Below are positions 1-8,138 of a stretch of 64,000 bases of DNA, piece by piece. Origin of the DNA: Candidatus Rokuibacteriota bacterium (lineage in GTDB: Bacteria; Methylomirabilota; Methylomirabilia; Rokubacteriales; CSP1-6); contig QHSI01000133.1 of the NCBI GenBank assembly GCA_003221515.1, positions 3,530-67,529 on the forward strand. The letters run 5' to 3'. The notes beneath the pieces were generated by a model, which worked only from the letters and a program-made list of their open reading frames with translations, ran no database searches and was not told the origin of the DNA. A program made the translations under genes and the position numbers. Every line of letters starts with the position of its first letter. Positions within the stretch are counted from its first letter, which is position 1.

Positions 1-396
1 GCGGAGCGCCGCCTCGCGGAGGTCCTCCGACGGGACGCAGCCGGCGACCTCGACGATGACCGGCGTGCCAGTCCACAAGGGGACGCGGGCGGTCGGGGTG
101 ATCGGCAGGCTGAACAGCGACGGGTCACGGAGGACCGCATCCGAGACCTGAGACTGCACGATGACTGCCTCGCCTTCGCGCCGGCGCTTGAGGTCCAGCA
201 TCTTCACCAGCGCCCACAGGACCACGAGCAACACGATCGCCGAGCCCACCAGGGCAATCGTTTGCGCCCCCCCCGAGGGAGACGTGCTGGAGGGAGCACC
301 ACTACCGACCGTCTGGGCCCAACCGTGTCTGGTAAGCCCGATGAGCACGAGCGCACTCGCGACGAGAGCCGCACGAACTTCCTTGATCGTCTTCAT
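1..396 (-). CDS. Hypothetical membrane protein, runs off the window start (partial)
   Basis: ATG at 396 with GGAGGT RBS at 403-408; open to position 1 (MKTIKEVRAALVASALVLIG...ALVGSAIVLLVVLWALVKMLDLKRRREGEAV); signal-like N-terminus and a TM helix. Not in the ORF track. Confidence 0.7.
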   Translation of the reverse strand, partial: MKTIKEVRAALVASALVLIGLTRHGWAQTVGSGAPSSTSPSGGAQTIALVGSAIVLLVVLWALVKMLDLKRRREGEAVIVQSQVSDAVLRDPSLFSLPITPTARVPLWTGTPVIVEVAGCVPSEDLREAALR

Positions 397-426
397 GGCG
401 TCACCTCCCACGTGGGCGCAGCGAAC

Positions 427-442
427 TGCGAAGTCCGTGCCA
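427..442 (-). promoter_or_regulatory. Sigma54 (-24/-12) promoter candidate
   Basis: Minus strand TGGCACGGACTTCGCA, GG-N10-GC, upstream of the ATG at 396. Confidence 0.7.
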
Positions 443-504
443 GCGAGCAGCTCGGGCTTCGCGGAACGCATCGAGATTCCTGCGGAGTTGACCGCGCCCT
501 GGCC

Positions 505-519
505 TGGCATTCGGGTTGC
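505..519 (+). promoter_or_regulatory. Sigma54 (-24/-12) promoter candidate
   Basis: TGGCATTCGGGTTGC, GG-N10-GC, upstream of the ATG at 584. Confidence 0.7.
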
Positions 520-583
520 TCCCCTCGGTCGTCAGCAGTGGCAAGGGTGCTCGCAATCACCGCACCCAACGAAAGGAGGCGCG

Positions 584-919
584 ATGTTCCGAGTCCTGGC
601 AATCCTCGTCGCGGTCCTGGTGATGGCAGGGTTCGGCGTCACGGCTCCGTCGGCTCAGATGAAGACGGATCCCGCGGTCCAGCCGAAGGCGACGGACCAG
701 AAGCCGGCCCCGATGGACCAGAAGACGGGTCAGAAGATCGAGGGTACGGTCAAGGCCGTGCGTGGCAACACGGTCACTCTCGAGGACGGCACCCAGCTAT
801 CCATTCCTGGCTCGGCGAAAGTGCCGATGAGCCAGCTGAAGCCGGGTGCGCAGATCAGTGCCGAATACGAGGAAAGAGGGGGCCAGAAAATCGCCACCTC
901 CCTGCAGATCAAGGGGTAG
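584..919 (+). CDS. Secreted DUF1344-like small beta-barrel protein
   Basis: AAGGAGG RBS before ATG 584; signal peptide; IEGTVKAV..NTVTLEDGTQL..LKPGAQISAEYEE pattern. Confidence 0.75.
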   Translation: MFRVLAILVAVLVMAGFGVTAPSAQMKTDPAVQPKATDQKPAPMDQKTGQKIEGTVKAVRGNTVTLEDGTQLSIPGSAKVPMSQLKPGAQISAEYEERGGQKIATSLQIKG

Positions 920-946
920 GGGCCAGCCCCCAGGAGGAGTCACATA

Positions 947-1213
947 ATGACGAAGGTTCTAACGGGATTTTGCGCGCTTGCTCTCCTGGCCGGTGTCGCC
1001 GCAGGATGCACGGATGCGAACAAAGGCGGCCCGGTGAGCGAGAGCCCGAGCAGCACCGAGCGGTCGCCGTCGGCTTCGCCTCCGGCCACGCCGTCGACCC
1101 CGCCGGCCACCATGCCGTCGACGCCTCCGGCCGAGAGCGGTAGCTCGTCGCCTAGCTCGACTCCGGGCGGCAGCCAGCTCCCGAAGAGCGCGCCCGGTTC
1201 TCCCAGCCGATAG
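947..1213 (+). CDS. Small Ser/Pro-rich lipoprotein
   Basis: AGGAGG RBS; lipobox AAGC; low-complexity S/P/T tail. Confidence 0.7.
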   Translation: MTKVLTGFCALALLAGVAAGCTDANKGGPVSESPSSTERSPSASPPATPSTPPATMPSTPPAESGSSSPSSTPGGSQLPKSAPGSPSR

Positions 1214-1220
1214 CTCGTAG

Positions 1221-1253
1221 CGCCTCGCGACGGCGCAGGGCCGTCGCGAGGCG
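1221..1253 (+). terminator. Perfect 14-bp GC hairpin after the lipoprotein gene
   Basis: CGCCTCGCGACGGC-gcagg-GCCGTCGCGAGGCG; no U-tract. Confidence 0.55.
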
Positions 1254-1293
1254 TGCTCTCATCGCCGTCTGCATCCTAGGTAAGAATTTCCCT

Positions 1294-1362
1294 CCGCATG
1301 CTCGGCAAAGAGCCGCAGTGTGCTCCGGTAAAGACCCGCAGTGTGCTCCGGAAAAGACCCGC
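1294..1362. repeat. 23-bp tandem repeat (two near-identical copies plus one degenerate)
   Basis: CCGCAGTGTGCTCCGG(T/A)AAAGAC at 1313-1335 and 1336-1358; degenerate copy at 1294-1312. Confidence 0.85.
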
Positions 1363-1519
1363 GGTCGAATCAGGGAATCACTTCACACCTCGAACCAGGC
1401 GTGGTAAGAATTGGACGACGTAGGTAAACGCTGTAGCCCAGGCTCCGGTTGGTTCCCTAGAATCTTCTCCGAAGGAGATCGCGCTGCCAGTCCTGCGCCG
1501 AGCCGCGGCCATCGCCTGC

Positions 1520-2407
1520 TTGGTCGTCGTGCCTCTCGTCGTGGCCACCGCCGATTGCAGCAGCAGTCGGATCGTGTTGCCACTGTCCCTCGATTCCCTC
1601 GAGCTCGCCGACCCGTCCGACGCTCACGCGCTCGACACGACCCAGGCGGCGGTTCGCGGTATCGCCGCCATCATCGCCAGGACGTTCAGCCTTCCGGTTC
1701 CGCGTCAGGTGACGGTGTTCGTGTACGACGGACGTCGCGCCTTCGAGCAGGGACTGATCTACGATGCCCGCGTCTCTCCGGTGCTGGCAGCAAAGCTGAG
1801 CGACTTCGCGATCGGCGTCGGCGCGCAGGGGCAGGTGCTCCTGAACGCAGACGTCAGCGACTGGACCTCACGCGAGCGGCTGCGCCTCATCGCTCACGAG
1901 CTCACGCACGTGTCGCAGATCGAGCTCGCCGGCGGCGAGGGCCGCGGCGAGCAGTGGCTCGCCGAGGGCATGGCGGAGTGGATCGCCTTCGCGACGCTGG
2001 AGCGACTCGGGCTCGACTCGGTGAATAGACGGCGCCAGAGCGCGACCTCCGGCGTCCGGCATCACGCGACTCTGCTCCGGGGGGGCCTGGACCTCGAGGC
2101 GCACGGAACGCCTCGCGCCTTCACCGCATGGCACCTGCGCGAGGGCACGCGGGCGACCTACCAGCTCACGTTCCTGCTGGCCGACTTTCTGATCACGCGC
2201 AAGGGCCTCGACCGCATGAAGGCGTACTTCACCTCGTTCCGGGGATCGCTGGATCGTCAGGTGAATTTTCAGCGCGCGTTCGGTGGAACGATCGCGGCCT
2301 TCGAAACCGACGTGCTCGCCGCCCTGAGCGCCACGACGGACCCCACCCTGGCAGGCGCACCCACCGTCACGGCGCCGCCTCCGCGCTCCGAACCCTCCGC
2401 TCCCTGA
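1520..2407 (+). CDS. Zinc-metallopeptidase-like protein (HExxH, peptidase MA/gluzincin-like); start uncertain
   Basis: LIAHELTH followed by QWLAEGMAEW. Confidence 0.7.
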   Translation: MVVVPLVVATADCSSSRIVLPLSLDSLELADPSDAHALDTTQAAVRGIAAIIARTFSLPVPRQVTVFVYDGRRAFEQGLIYDARVSPVLAAKLSDFAIGVGAQGQVLLNADVSDWTSRERLRLIAHELTHVSQIELAGGEGRGEQWLAEGMAEWIAFATLERLGLDSVNRRRQSATSGVRHHATLLRGGLDLEAHGTPRAFTAWHLREGTRATYQLTFLLADFLITRKGLDRMKAYFTSFRGSLDRQVNFQRAFGGTIAAFETDVLAALSATTDPTLAGAPTVTAPPPRSEPSAP

Positions 2408-2437
2408 TACGGCCGCGCGTCCGCGCGGCGACGCTCT

Positions 2438-3820
2438 TCAGGACGGCGTTGAATCCGGCGGCGTTTGGCCCGTTCGTCCCGGATTGTCGTCGGCCCGGCC
2501 GTGCAGCTTGCGGTAGAGCGAGGCCAGGCTGATTCCCAGCAGTCGAGCGGCCTGGCGCTTGTCGGACTGCGTGGCCAGGACGTCCAGCAAATGCTGGCGC
2601 TCGAACCGCCGGACGGCCCCACGCAAGTTCTGCGGAGGCGCGCCGTGGGACGCCGCCGGATCGGCCGAGAGGTCGCGAAGAGAGACCAGCTCACCTCCGC
2701 CGAGCACTATGGCCCGCTCGAGCACATGCTCGAGCTCGCGCACGTTGCCCTTCCATGGCCGCCCGATGAGTGTCCAGAGCGCCTCGCGCTCGACGCCGAG
2801 GCAGCGGGTGCCGAGCTTGGTGTTGAGCCGCTCGACCAGGTGATCGACGAGGAGCGGGATGTCCCCGCGGCGCTCGCGGAGCGGCGGCACCTCCAGGTGC
2901 ACGACGTTGAGCCGGTAGAAGAGATCTTCGCGGAAGCGACCCGCCTCGACTTCGCGCGCGAGATCGCGGTTCGTGCTGGCGATGATCCGAGTATCCACCT
3001 GCACCGGCCGGGTGCCACCCACCGGCAGGACGTGCGTGTCCTCGATGACCCGGAGCAGCTTGACCTGCAACGGCAATGGCAGCTCGCCGATTTCGTCGAG
3101 GAAGAGCGAGCCGCGGGTCGCCGCGACGAAGAGCCCGGGATTGGCCTGCACCGCCGTCGTGAACGCGCCCCGCACGTGCCCGAAGAGCTGGCTCTCGAGC
3201 AACGCCTCCGGGATCGCGCCGCAGTTGATCGCCACGAAGGCGTAGTCGTGCCGCGCGCTCGCGTCGTGGATGGCGTGCGCGACCAGCTCCTTGCCGACGC
3301 CGCTCTCACCGGTGACCAGCACGTTGCTGGGCGCCCGCGCGGCCAGCGTGATCTGCTCGCGCACGGCGCGGATCGCGTCGCTCTCGCCGACGAGTGTGCC
3401 GCCGGCGGGTCTCTCCTGCAGCGCGCGGGGCACGAGCCGATCCTTCCAGATCGTCTCGCGGTACTGGAGCAGGCGCCGCACCCGCTGCTTGAGGTCCTCG
3501 ATCTCGAAGGGCTTCTCGAGGAAGTCGCAGGCACCGCCCCGAAGCGCGCTGATCGCGGTCTCGAGCGCGGCGTACGCGGTCATCACGATGACCGACGCAC
3601 GCGGGTTGAGCAGGCGCGACCGCTCGAGTACTTCGAGCCCGTCCACGCCGGGCATGACGATGTCGGTGAGAATTACGTCGAAGTCCTCCTGCTCGACGCG
3701 GGACAGTGCCTCTTCCCCGCTCCCAGCCGTCGCGACCTCGTACCCCTCGGCCGTGAGCGTGAAGGACAGAATCTCCTGGATCGCCTTTTCATCGTCCACG
3801 ACAAGGATCGATGCGGTCAT
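2438..3820 (-). CDS. Sigma54-dependent response regulator (NtrC/ZraR family, REC-AAA+-Fis HTH)
   Basis: ILVVDDE receiver; GESGVGKE Walker A; GAFTTA loop; FLDEIGE; WKGNVREL; LLGISLASLYRKL. Confidence 0.95.
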   Translation of the reverse strand: MTASILVVDDEKAIQEILSFTLTAEGYEVATAGSGEEALSRVEQEDFDVILTDIVMPGVDGLEVLERSRLLNPRASVIVMTAYAALETAISALRGGACDFLEKPFEIEDLKQRVRRLLQYRETIWKDRLVPRALQERPAGGTLVGESDAIRAVREQITLAARAPSNVLVTGESGVGKELVAHAIHDASARHDYAFVAINCGAIPEALLESQLFGHVRGAFTTAVQANPGLFVAATRGSLFLDEIGELPLPLQVKLLRVIEDTHVLPVGGTRPVQVDTRIIASTNRDLAREVEAGRFREDLFYRLNVVHLEVPPLRERRGDIPLLVDHLVERLNTKLGTRCLGVEREALWTLIGRPWKGNVRELEHVLERAIVLGGGELVSLRDLSADPAASHGAPPQNLRGAVRRFERQHLLDVLATQSDKRQAARLLGISLASLYRKLHGRADDNPGRTGQTPPDSTPS

Positions 3821-3978
3821 CCTCAGAACCTGCCTTCATTTCCAGAACCGACGCAGCCCTGGCGCTGCCGGGAACGTCCGACGCGGGCAATCCCGCTCTG
3901 CGAGGACCCGGGAACCATGCGTTCCCAGGCGTGAGAACGATACCTCGCCTGGCGGCGTTATACAAGAGTAAGTCGTGA

Positions 3979-4059
3979 TCTCACCCCTGAGAAACGCTCG
4001 GGGTTTCCCTTCCAGAAGTCGCGAACTCGACCATGCTCCAACGACGGTCTCCCGGGAGA
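3979..4059. promoter_or_regulatory. Two palindromic candidate enhancer (UAS) sites
   Basis: TCTCACCCCTGAGA (3979-3992) and TCTCCCGGGAGA (4048-4059) upstream of a sigma54 motif. Confidence 0.4.
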
Positions 4060-4101
4060 ATATCTCTTCGTTTTCACGATGTTCAGATCGGCTCGTCTGT
4101 C

Positions 4102-4116
4102 TGGCATCGCCCTTGC
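4102..4116 (+). promoter_or_regulatory. Sigma54 (-24/-12) promoter
   Basis: TGGCATCGCCCTTGC, GG-N10-GC, 70 nt upstream of ATG 4187 and divergent from a sigma54 activator gene. Confidence 0.75.
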
Positions 4117-4186
4117 GCCCTCTGCGGGCTTGCACGGGAATTGTGCCGTGCACTTCGCCAGGTCCACGCAGGAGCAAGGAGCAGAA

Positions 4187-5572
4187 ATGAGCAAGGTGAA
4201 ATTGCGACTTCTGGTGCTCGCGGCCACGTTGCTACTGCTCGGATTGTCCGAGGGCCTGCACTCGAGGACCAGCATGGGAATCGGTCCCGGCTACAAGGAT
4301 CCGGGCGTGCGCACAGGAGACGCGGGCGCCGGCGGGTCGCTCCCCGGCCTGACGCCCAAGGAGGAGATGTTTTTCCAGGCCGGCCTCGTGGAATTCGAAG
4401 AGGCCGAAGGAGTGGGTGACGGTCTCGGCCCGCGTTTCAACCTCGACAGCTGCGGCGGTTGCCACATCCAGCCGGCCACCGGCGGCACCTCACCAGCGAT
4501 GAACCCGCAGGTCGCCGTCGCTAGCGCCTTCGGCGCCAAGAACAAGGTGCCGTCGTTCATCAAGCTCGAGGGGCCGATCCGTGAAGCGCGGTTCCAGTAC
4601 AAATTCGACGGCAGCCGGGACGGTGGCGTCCACTCGCTCTTCGTCATCAGCGGCCGCGTCGACGATAGCGGCAACGCCGCCGGCTGCACCGCGGTCCAGG
4701 AGGACTTCGAGAAGCAGGTGGCGTTCAACAACATCATCTTCCGCATCCCCACTCCCACGTTCGGGGTCGGGCTCATCGAGCAGATTCCGGATCAGACCAT
4801 CATCAACAATATGAATACCAACGCGTCGACGAAGCTGTTGTTCGGGATCTTCGGCCGCCCGAACCGGAGCGGGAATGACGGCACGATCACCCGATTCGGC
4901 TGGAAGGCCCAGAACAAGTCGCTCCAGATCTTCTCGGGTGAGGCGTACAACGTGGAGATGGGCATCACGAACGAGGAGTTCCAGCAGGAGCGCGACGAGA
5001 ACTCGACCTGTCAGTTCGCGACGGTGCCGAACACCGTGGTACCGACGGAAGTCCCACCGGGCTCACCGGACGCCGACTTCTCCAGCGCCGTCACGAAGTT
5101 TTCCTTCTTCATGCGGTTCCTGGCCCCGCCCATGCCGTCGACGACCGACCCGGGTGGCCCGGACTCGATCAGCAGGGGCCGGCAGATCTTCGCGAACGTC
5201 GGGTGCGCGCTCTGCCACACGCCGAAGCTCAAGACCGGCCCACTCGCCACGGTCGGTGCTCTCCGGGACCAGGACGTCAACCTCTTCTCGGACTTGCTGG
5301 TCCACAATATGGGGCCGGGGCTGGCCGACGACATCGTCCAAGGGGTTGCGCGGGGCGATGAGTTCCGGACCGCGCCGCTCTGGGGCCTCGGCAAGCGAAT
5401 CTTCTTCCTGCACGATGGCCGCACGAATGACCTGGTGCAGGCCATCCTCGCCCATAGCAGCGGCGGCAACTTCCAGTTCGGGCCGTCGGAGGCGAACGCG
5501 GTGATCGGCAGGTTCAAGAGTCTCGGCGACACCGACAAGCAGCATCTGCTGAACTTCCTGCGCTCGCTCTAG
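4187..5572 (+). CDS. Di-haem oxidoreductase (DHOR / thiol oxidoreductase family), exported
   Basis: AAGGAG RBS; signal peptide; GLGPRFN..SCGGCH and GCALCH haem motifs; RFGWKAQ; SDLLVHNMG; FRTAPLWGLG; FLHDGR. Confidence 0.9.
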   Translation: MSKVKLRLLVLAATLLLLGLSEGLHSRTSMGIGPGYKDPGVRTGDAGAGGSLPGLTPKEEMFFQAGLVEFEEAEGVGDGLGPRFNLDSCGGCHIQPATGGTSPAMNPQVAVASAFGAKNKVPSFIKLEGPIREARFQYKFDGSRDGGVHSLFVISGRVDDSGNAAGCTAVQEDFEKQVAFNNIIFRIPTPTFGVGLIEQIPDQTIINNMNTNASTKLLFGIFGRPNRSGNDGTITRFGWKAQNKSLQIFSGEAYNVEMGITNEEFQQERDENSTCQFATVPNTVVPTEVPPGSPDADFSSAVTKFSFFMRFLAPPMPSTTDPGGPDSISRGRQIFANVGCALCHTPKLKTGPLATVGALRDQDVNLFSDLLVHNMGPGLADDIVQGVARGDEFRTAPLWGLGKRIFFLHDGRTNDLVQAILAHSSGGNFQFGPSEANAVIGRFKSLGDTDKQHLLNFLRSL

Positions 5573-5586
5573 TCGCCGAGCCGGCC

Positions 5587-5618
5587 GGGGCGCGCCGAAG
5601 CGCGCCCCCTTCGTTTTT
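5587..5618 (+). terminator. Rho-independent terminator
   Basis: GGGGCGCGC-cgaa-GCGCGCCCC followed by CTTCGTTTTT. Confidence 0.75.
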
Positions 5619-5621
5619 AGC

Positions 5622-5670
5622 CGTGCCTCGGCCCGCGGGGTCCCGCCCCGCGACGGCTTGCGGCGCGGAC
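5622..5670 (+). repeat. Dispersed ~50-bp repeat, copy A
   Basis: CGTGCCTCGGCCCGCGGGGTCCCGCCCCGCGACGGCTTGCGGCGCGGAC; matches copies at 20686, 37523, 38262, 42291, 42587 and 42650. Confidence 0.8.
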
Positions 5671-5671
5671 A

Positions 5672-6142
5672 TCACGCCATCGTCAGTCCGCGTCGCGCCA
5701 GCTCGCCCTCGAGATTCAGCTCGCTGGTCCGGGCCGGCACGCCGTCGGGCACCGTCCAGAAGATCTCGAACTCGAGCCCATCCGGATCCTTGGCGTACAG
5801 CGAGAGGCTGACGCCGTGGTCGGAAGAACCGACGAGCGCGCGGGCTTCGATCAAGCGTTTCCGGGCACGGGCCAGGTCGGGCAGCTCGTCGACCTCCCAC
5901 GCCGCGTGGTACATGCGCGCCACGCGCTCGTCGGGGCGCGCGACGCCGGCTTGCTCGAAGAGGCCGAGGTGGTGGTCGTCGGCGCTGCCGGGGATCTTCA
6001 GGAAGGCCGCGTTCGGATATCGCTTCGTCACCTCGAAGCCCACGACGTCGCAGTAGAAGCGCACGCTGCGCTCGACGTCGGAGACCCAGAGCACCAGGTG
6101 CTGCAGCCGCTTGAGTCCCGTCCCCCGCGCGGTCGCGCTCAC
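5672..6142 (-). CDS. VOC family protein (glyoxalase / catechol dioxygenase-like)
   Basis: LQHLVLWVSDVERSVRFY; MYHAAWEV; SLYAKDPDGLEFE; GTG start overlaps the upstream stop (GTGA). Confidence 0.9.
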   Translation of the reverse strand: MSATARGTGLKRLQHLVLWVSDVERSVRFYCDVVGFEVTKRYPNAAFLKIPGSADDHHLGLFEQAGVARPDERVARMYHAAWEVDELPDLARARKRLIEARALVGSSDHGVSLSLYAKDPDGLEFEIFWTVPDGVPARTSELNLEGELARRGLTMA

Positions 6143-6477
6143 CGGGACGCCTCCGGATATTCGACGCTCACGATGATGGCGGCGCACGCGATGAGGGTGT
6201 CGGAGCCGGCGCGCAGACCGCCGCTGACGGCGCGCACGGTGACCTCGCCGTGCGGCAGCTCGCGTCGGACCACGTCGACCTTGACCGAGTCCGGGTCGGG
6301 GACACCGATGGTCACGTCGACCAGCATCTTGCCGCCGCGCTCGCGGACCTCCTGGAACAACGGCAGGCTCGAATGCCGGATGGCGTCCGAGACGGCGCGG
6401 CAGGCCGCCTTGGTGGCATCCCGCCCGTGCACGTCGACACCCATCCCAAACTCCAGCACGCTCGGCTTAGCGGTCAC
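6139..6477 (-). CDS. Lin0512 family protein
   Basis: LEFGMGVDVHGRDATKAACRAVSDAIRHSSL signature; GGAGG RBS. Confidence 0.9.
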   Translation of the reverse strand: MTAKPSVLEFGMGVDVHGRDATKAACRAVSDAIRHSSLPLFQEVRERGGKMLVDVTIGVPDPDSVKVDVVRRELPHGEVTVRAVSGGLRAGSDTLIACAAIIVSVEYPEASR

Positions 6478-6512
6478 GCTCCACCTCCGTGGGCAGTTCA
6501 GCTCGTCGGCAG

Positions 6513-8057
6513 CTAGTCACTCGTTCCGGTCCGCGTCGCGTCGACGAACTGCTCGGTCGCGTCGTCGATGGCGCGGCCGTCGCGACCACGCGGTTGAAGC
6601 ACATAGAGCCCGCGCGGGTCCACCGTCGCGCGTGCCGGCGGCGGCAGCCGCATCTCGTAGGCGACCGGCCGCTGATGATCGGCCAGCAGCAGCGTCGGAT
6701 CGAACACCTTGTTGAACTTCCAGAGGCTCCGGAAGAAATTCGTCTGCCCACGCATCAGGTGACCCGCCACGATCGACGCCATCTCTCGCAGAGCCTTCCA
6801 GCCGAGATGCTTCATGGCGAGGACGCGCTGCGTGCGCACGAGCTCCTCGTAGAACTCGGCCAGGGGCAGACGGGTGGGCAGCACCGCGTGCTGGATGTCG
6901 TAGAGGCGATAGTCCCGCGTCTGGACGCGGCGCGCCTCCGTGTGCCAGGTTTCCGTGCCCGGGTAGGGTGTGTTGACGGAGATGTTGACGATCTCGGGGA
7001 TCTCCAAACACCACTGGCGGATCACCTCGAACCGCTCGTGGTCCCACTCCGGGTCGGCGATCAGGTTGATGGCCACGTTGATACCGAGGGAGCGGGCGAA
7101 CTCGAGGGCCTCGAAGGCACGGCCGAGCGAGATCCGCTTGCGATACTTGCGCAGCCCCTCCTCGTCGATGGCCTCGAGCCCGAGGAACATGTAGCTCAGG
7201 CCCAGGCGGGTCCAGAGCTTGAAGACCTCCTTGTTGCGGAGCAGGACGTCGCCGCGCGTCTCGAGATAGTACTGCTTGCGGATCCCGCGCCGCGCGACCG
7301 CCTCGCCGATCGCGAATCCGTGCTGGGCCTGCACGAATGCCACGTCGTCGACGATGAAGACGCCGGGCTCCCGGACCCGCGCCAGGTCTTCCACCGCGCG
7401 CTCCGGGCTGACGATCCGATAGCTCCGGCCGTAGAAGGTCCACGCGCTGCAAAACGAGCAGTCCCACGGGCAGCCGCGGGCGAACTCGATCGACGCGCAT
7501 GGCTCGAGCATGCCGAGGAAGTAGCGGCGGCGATGGCTCAACAGGTCGCGGGCCGGGACGAGATCGTCGAGGCTCTCCACCAGCTGCGGCGGCGGGCCCT
7601 CGCCGTCGAGGGCGACGACGCCGGCCACCCGTGTGATCGCCCGCCGATCGTGCTCGACGGCGTCGAGGAGCGGCGGTATCGACGCCTCCCCTTCGCCTCT
7701 GACGACACAATCGATCGCGCCGCGCGCATGCTCGAGCAGGTCGCGCGCGACGAAGGACGCGCTGTGGCCTCCCACGAGCACGAAGGTCTCCGACCGCCGG
7801 GCCCGCGTCAGTTTGGCCAGATCGACGATCTCGGGGACATTCGCCAGGTAGTTACACGAGAACGCCACCACGTCCGGCCGCCAGCGGTCGACTAGCGCGA
7901 AGTAATCCTCATGCGACGCGACCTGCAGGTCGAGCAGGCGCACGTCGTGCCCCGCACGACGGACCGCGGCAGCGACCAGCTCCAGCCCCAGCGGCTCGAG
8001 GCGAAGGAAGATCTTCGTGTACAGCAGCGGGCCCGGGTGGACGGCCAGGAATCGCAT
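6513..8057 (-). CDS. hpnR: Hopanoid C-3 methylase (B12-binding radical SAM)
   Basis: MRFLAVHPGPLLYTKIFLRLEPLGLE N-terminus; B12-binding domain (VGGHSAS); RGCPWDCSFCSAWTFYGR; YDIQHAVLPT; GGAGG RBS. Confidence 0.88.
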   Translation of the reverse strand: MRFLAVHPGPLLYTKIFLRLEPLGLELVAAAVRRAGHDVRLLDLQVASHEDYFALVDRWRPDVVAFSCNYLANVPEIVDLAKLTRARRSETFVLVGGHSASFVARDLLEHARGAIDCVVRGEGEASIPPLLDAVEHDRRAITRVAGVVALDGEGPPPQLVESLDDLVPARDLLSHRRRYFLGMLEPCASIEFARGCPWDCSFCSAWTFYGRSYRIVSPERAVEDLARVREPGVFIVDDVAFVQAQHGFAIGEAVARRGIRKQYYLETRGDVLLRNKEVFKLWTRLGLSYMFLGLEAIDEEGLRKYRKRISLGRAFEALEFARSLGINVAINLIADPEWDHERFEVIRQWCLEIPEIVNISVNTPYPGTETWHTEARRVQTRDYRLYDIQHAVLPTRLPLAEFYEELVRTQRVLAMKHLGWKALREMASIVAGHLMRGQTNFFRSLWKFNKVFDPTLLLADHQRPVAYEMRLPPPARATVDPRGLYVLQPRGRDGRAIDDATEQFVDATRTGTSD

Positions 8058-8138
8058 CGTTTGACGCCTCCAGTACGTCAATTGTCCACCCTTGCGCCAC
8101 TGGGGCCGACCGAATCGGCCGGCGGTCTGCGCGCCCGG

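Noticed and set aside
539..554. Additional sigma54 motif TGGCAAGGGTGCTCGC
   Set aside because: GG to GC spacing is 11 nt rather than the required 10.
1294..1362. Possible mini CRISPR array
   Set aside because: Repeats are directly adjacent with no spacers, and there are no cas genes in the window.
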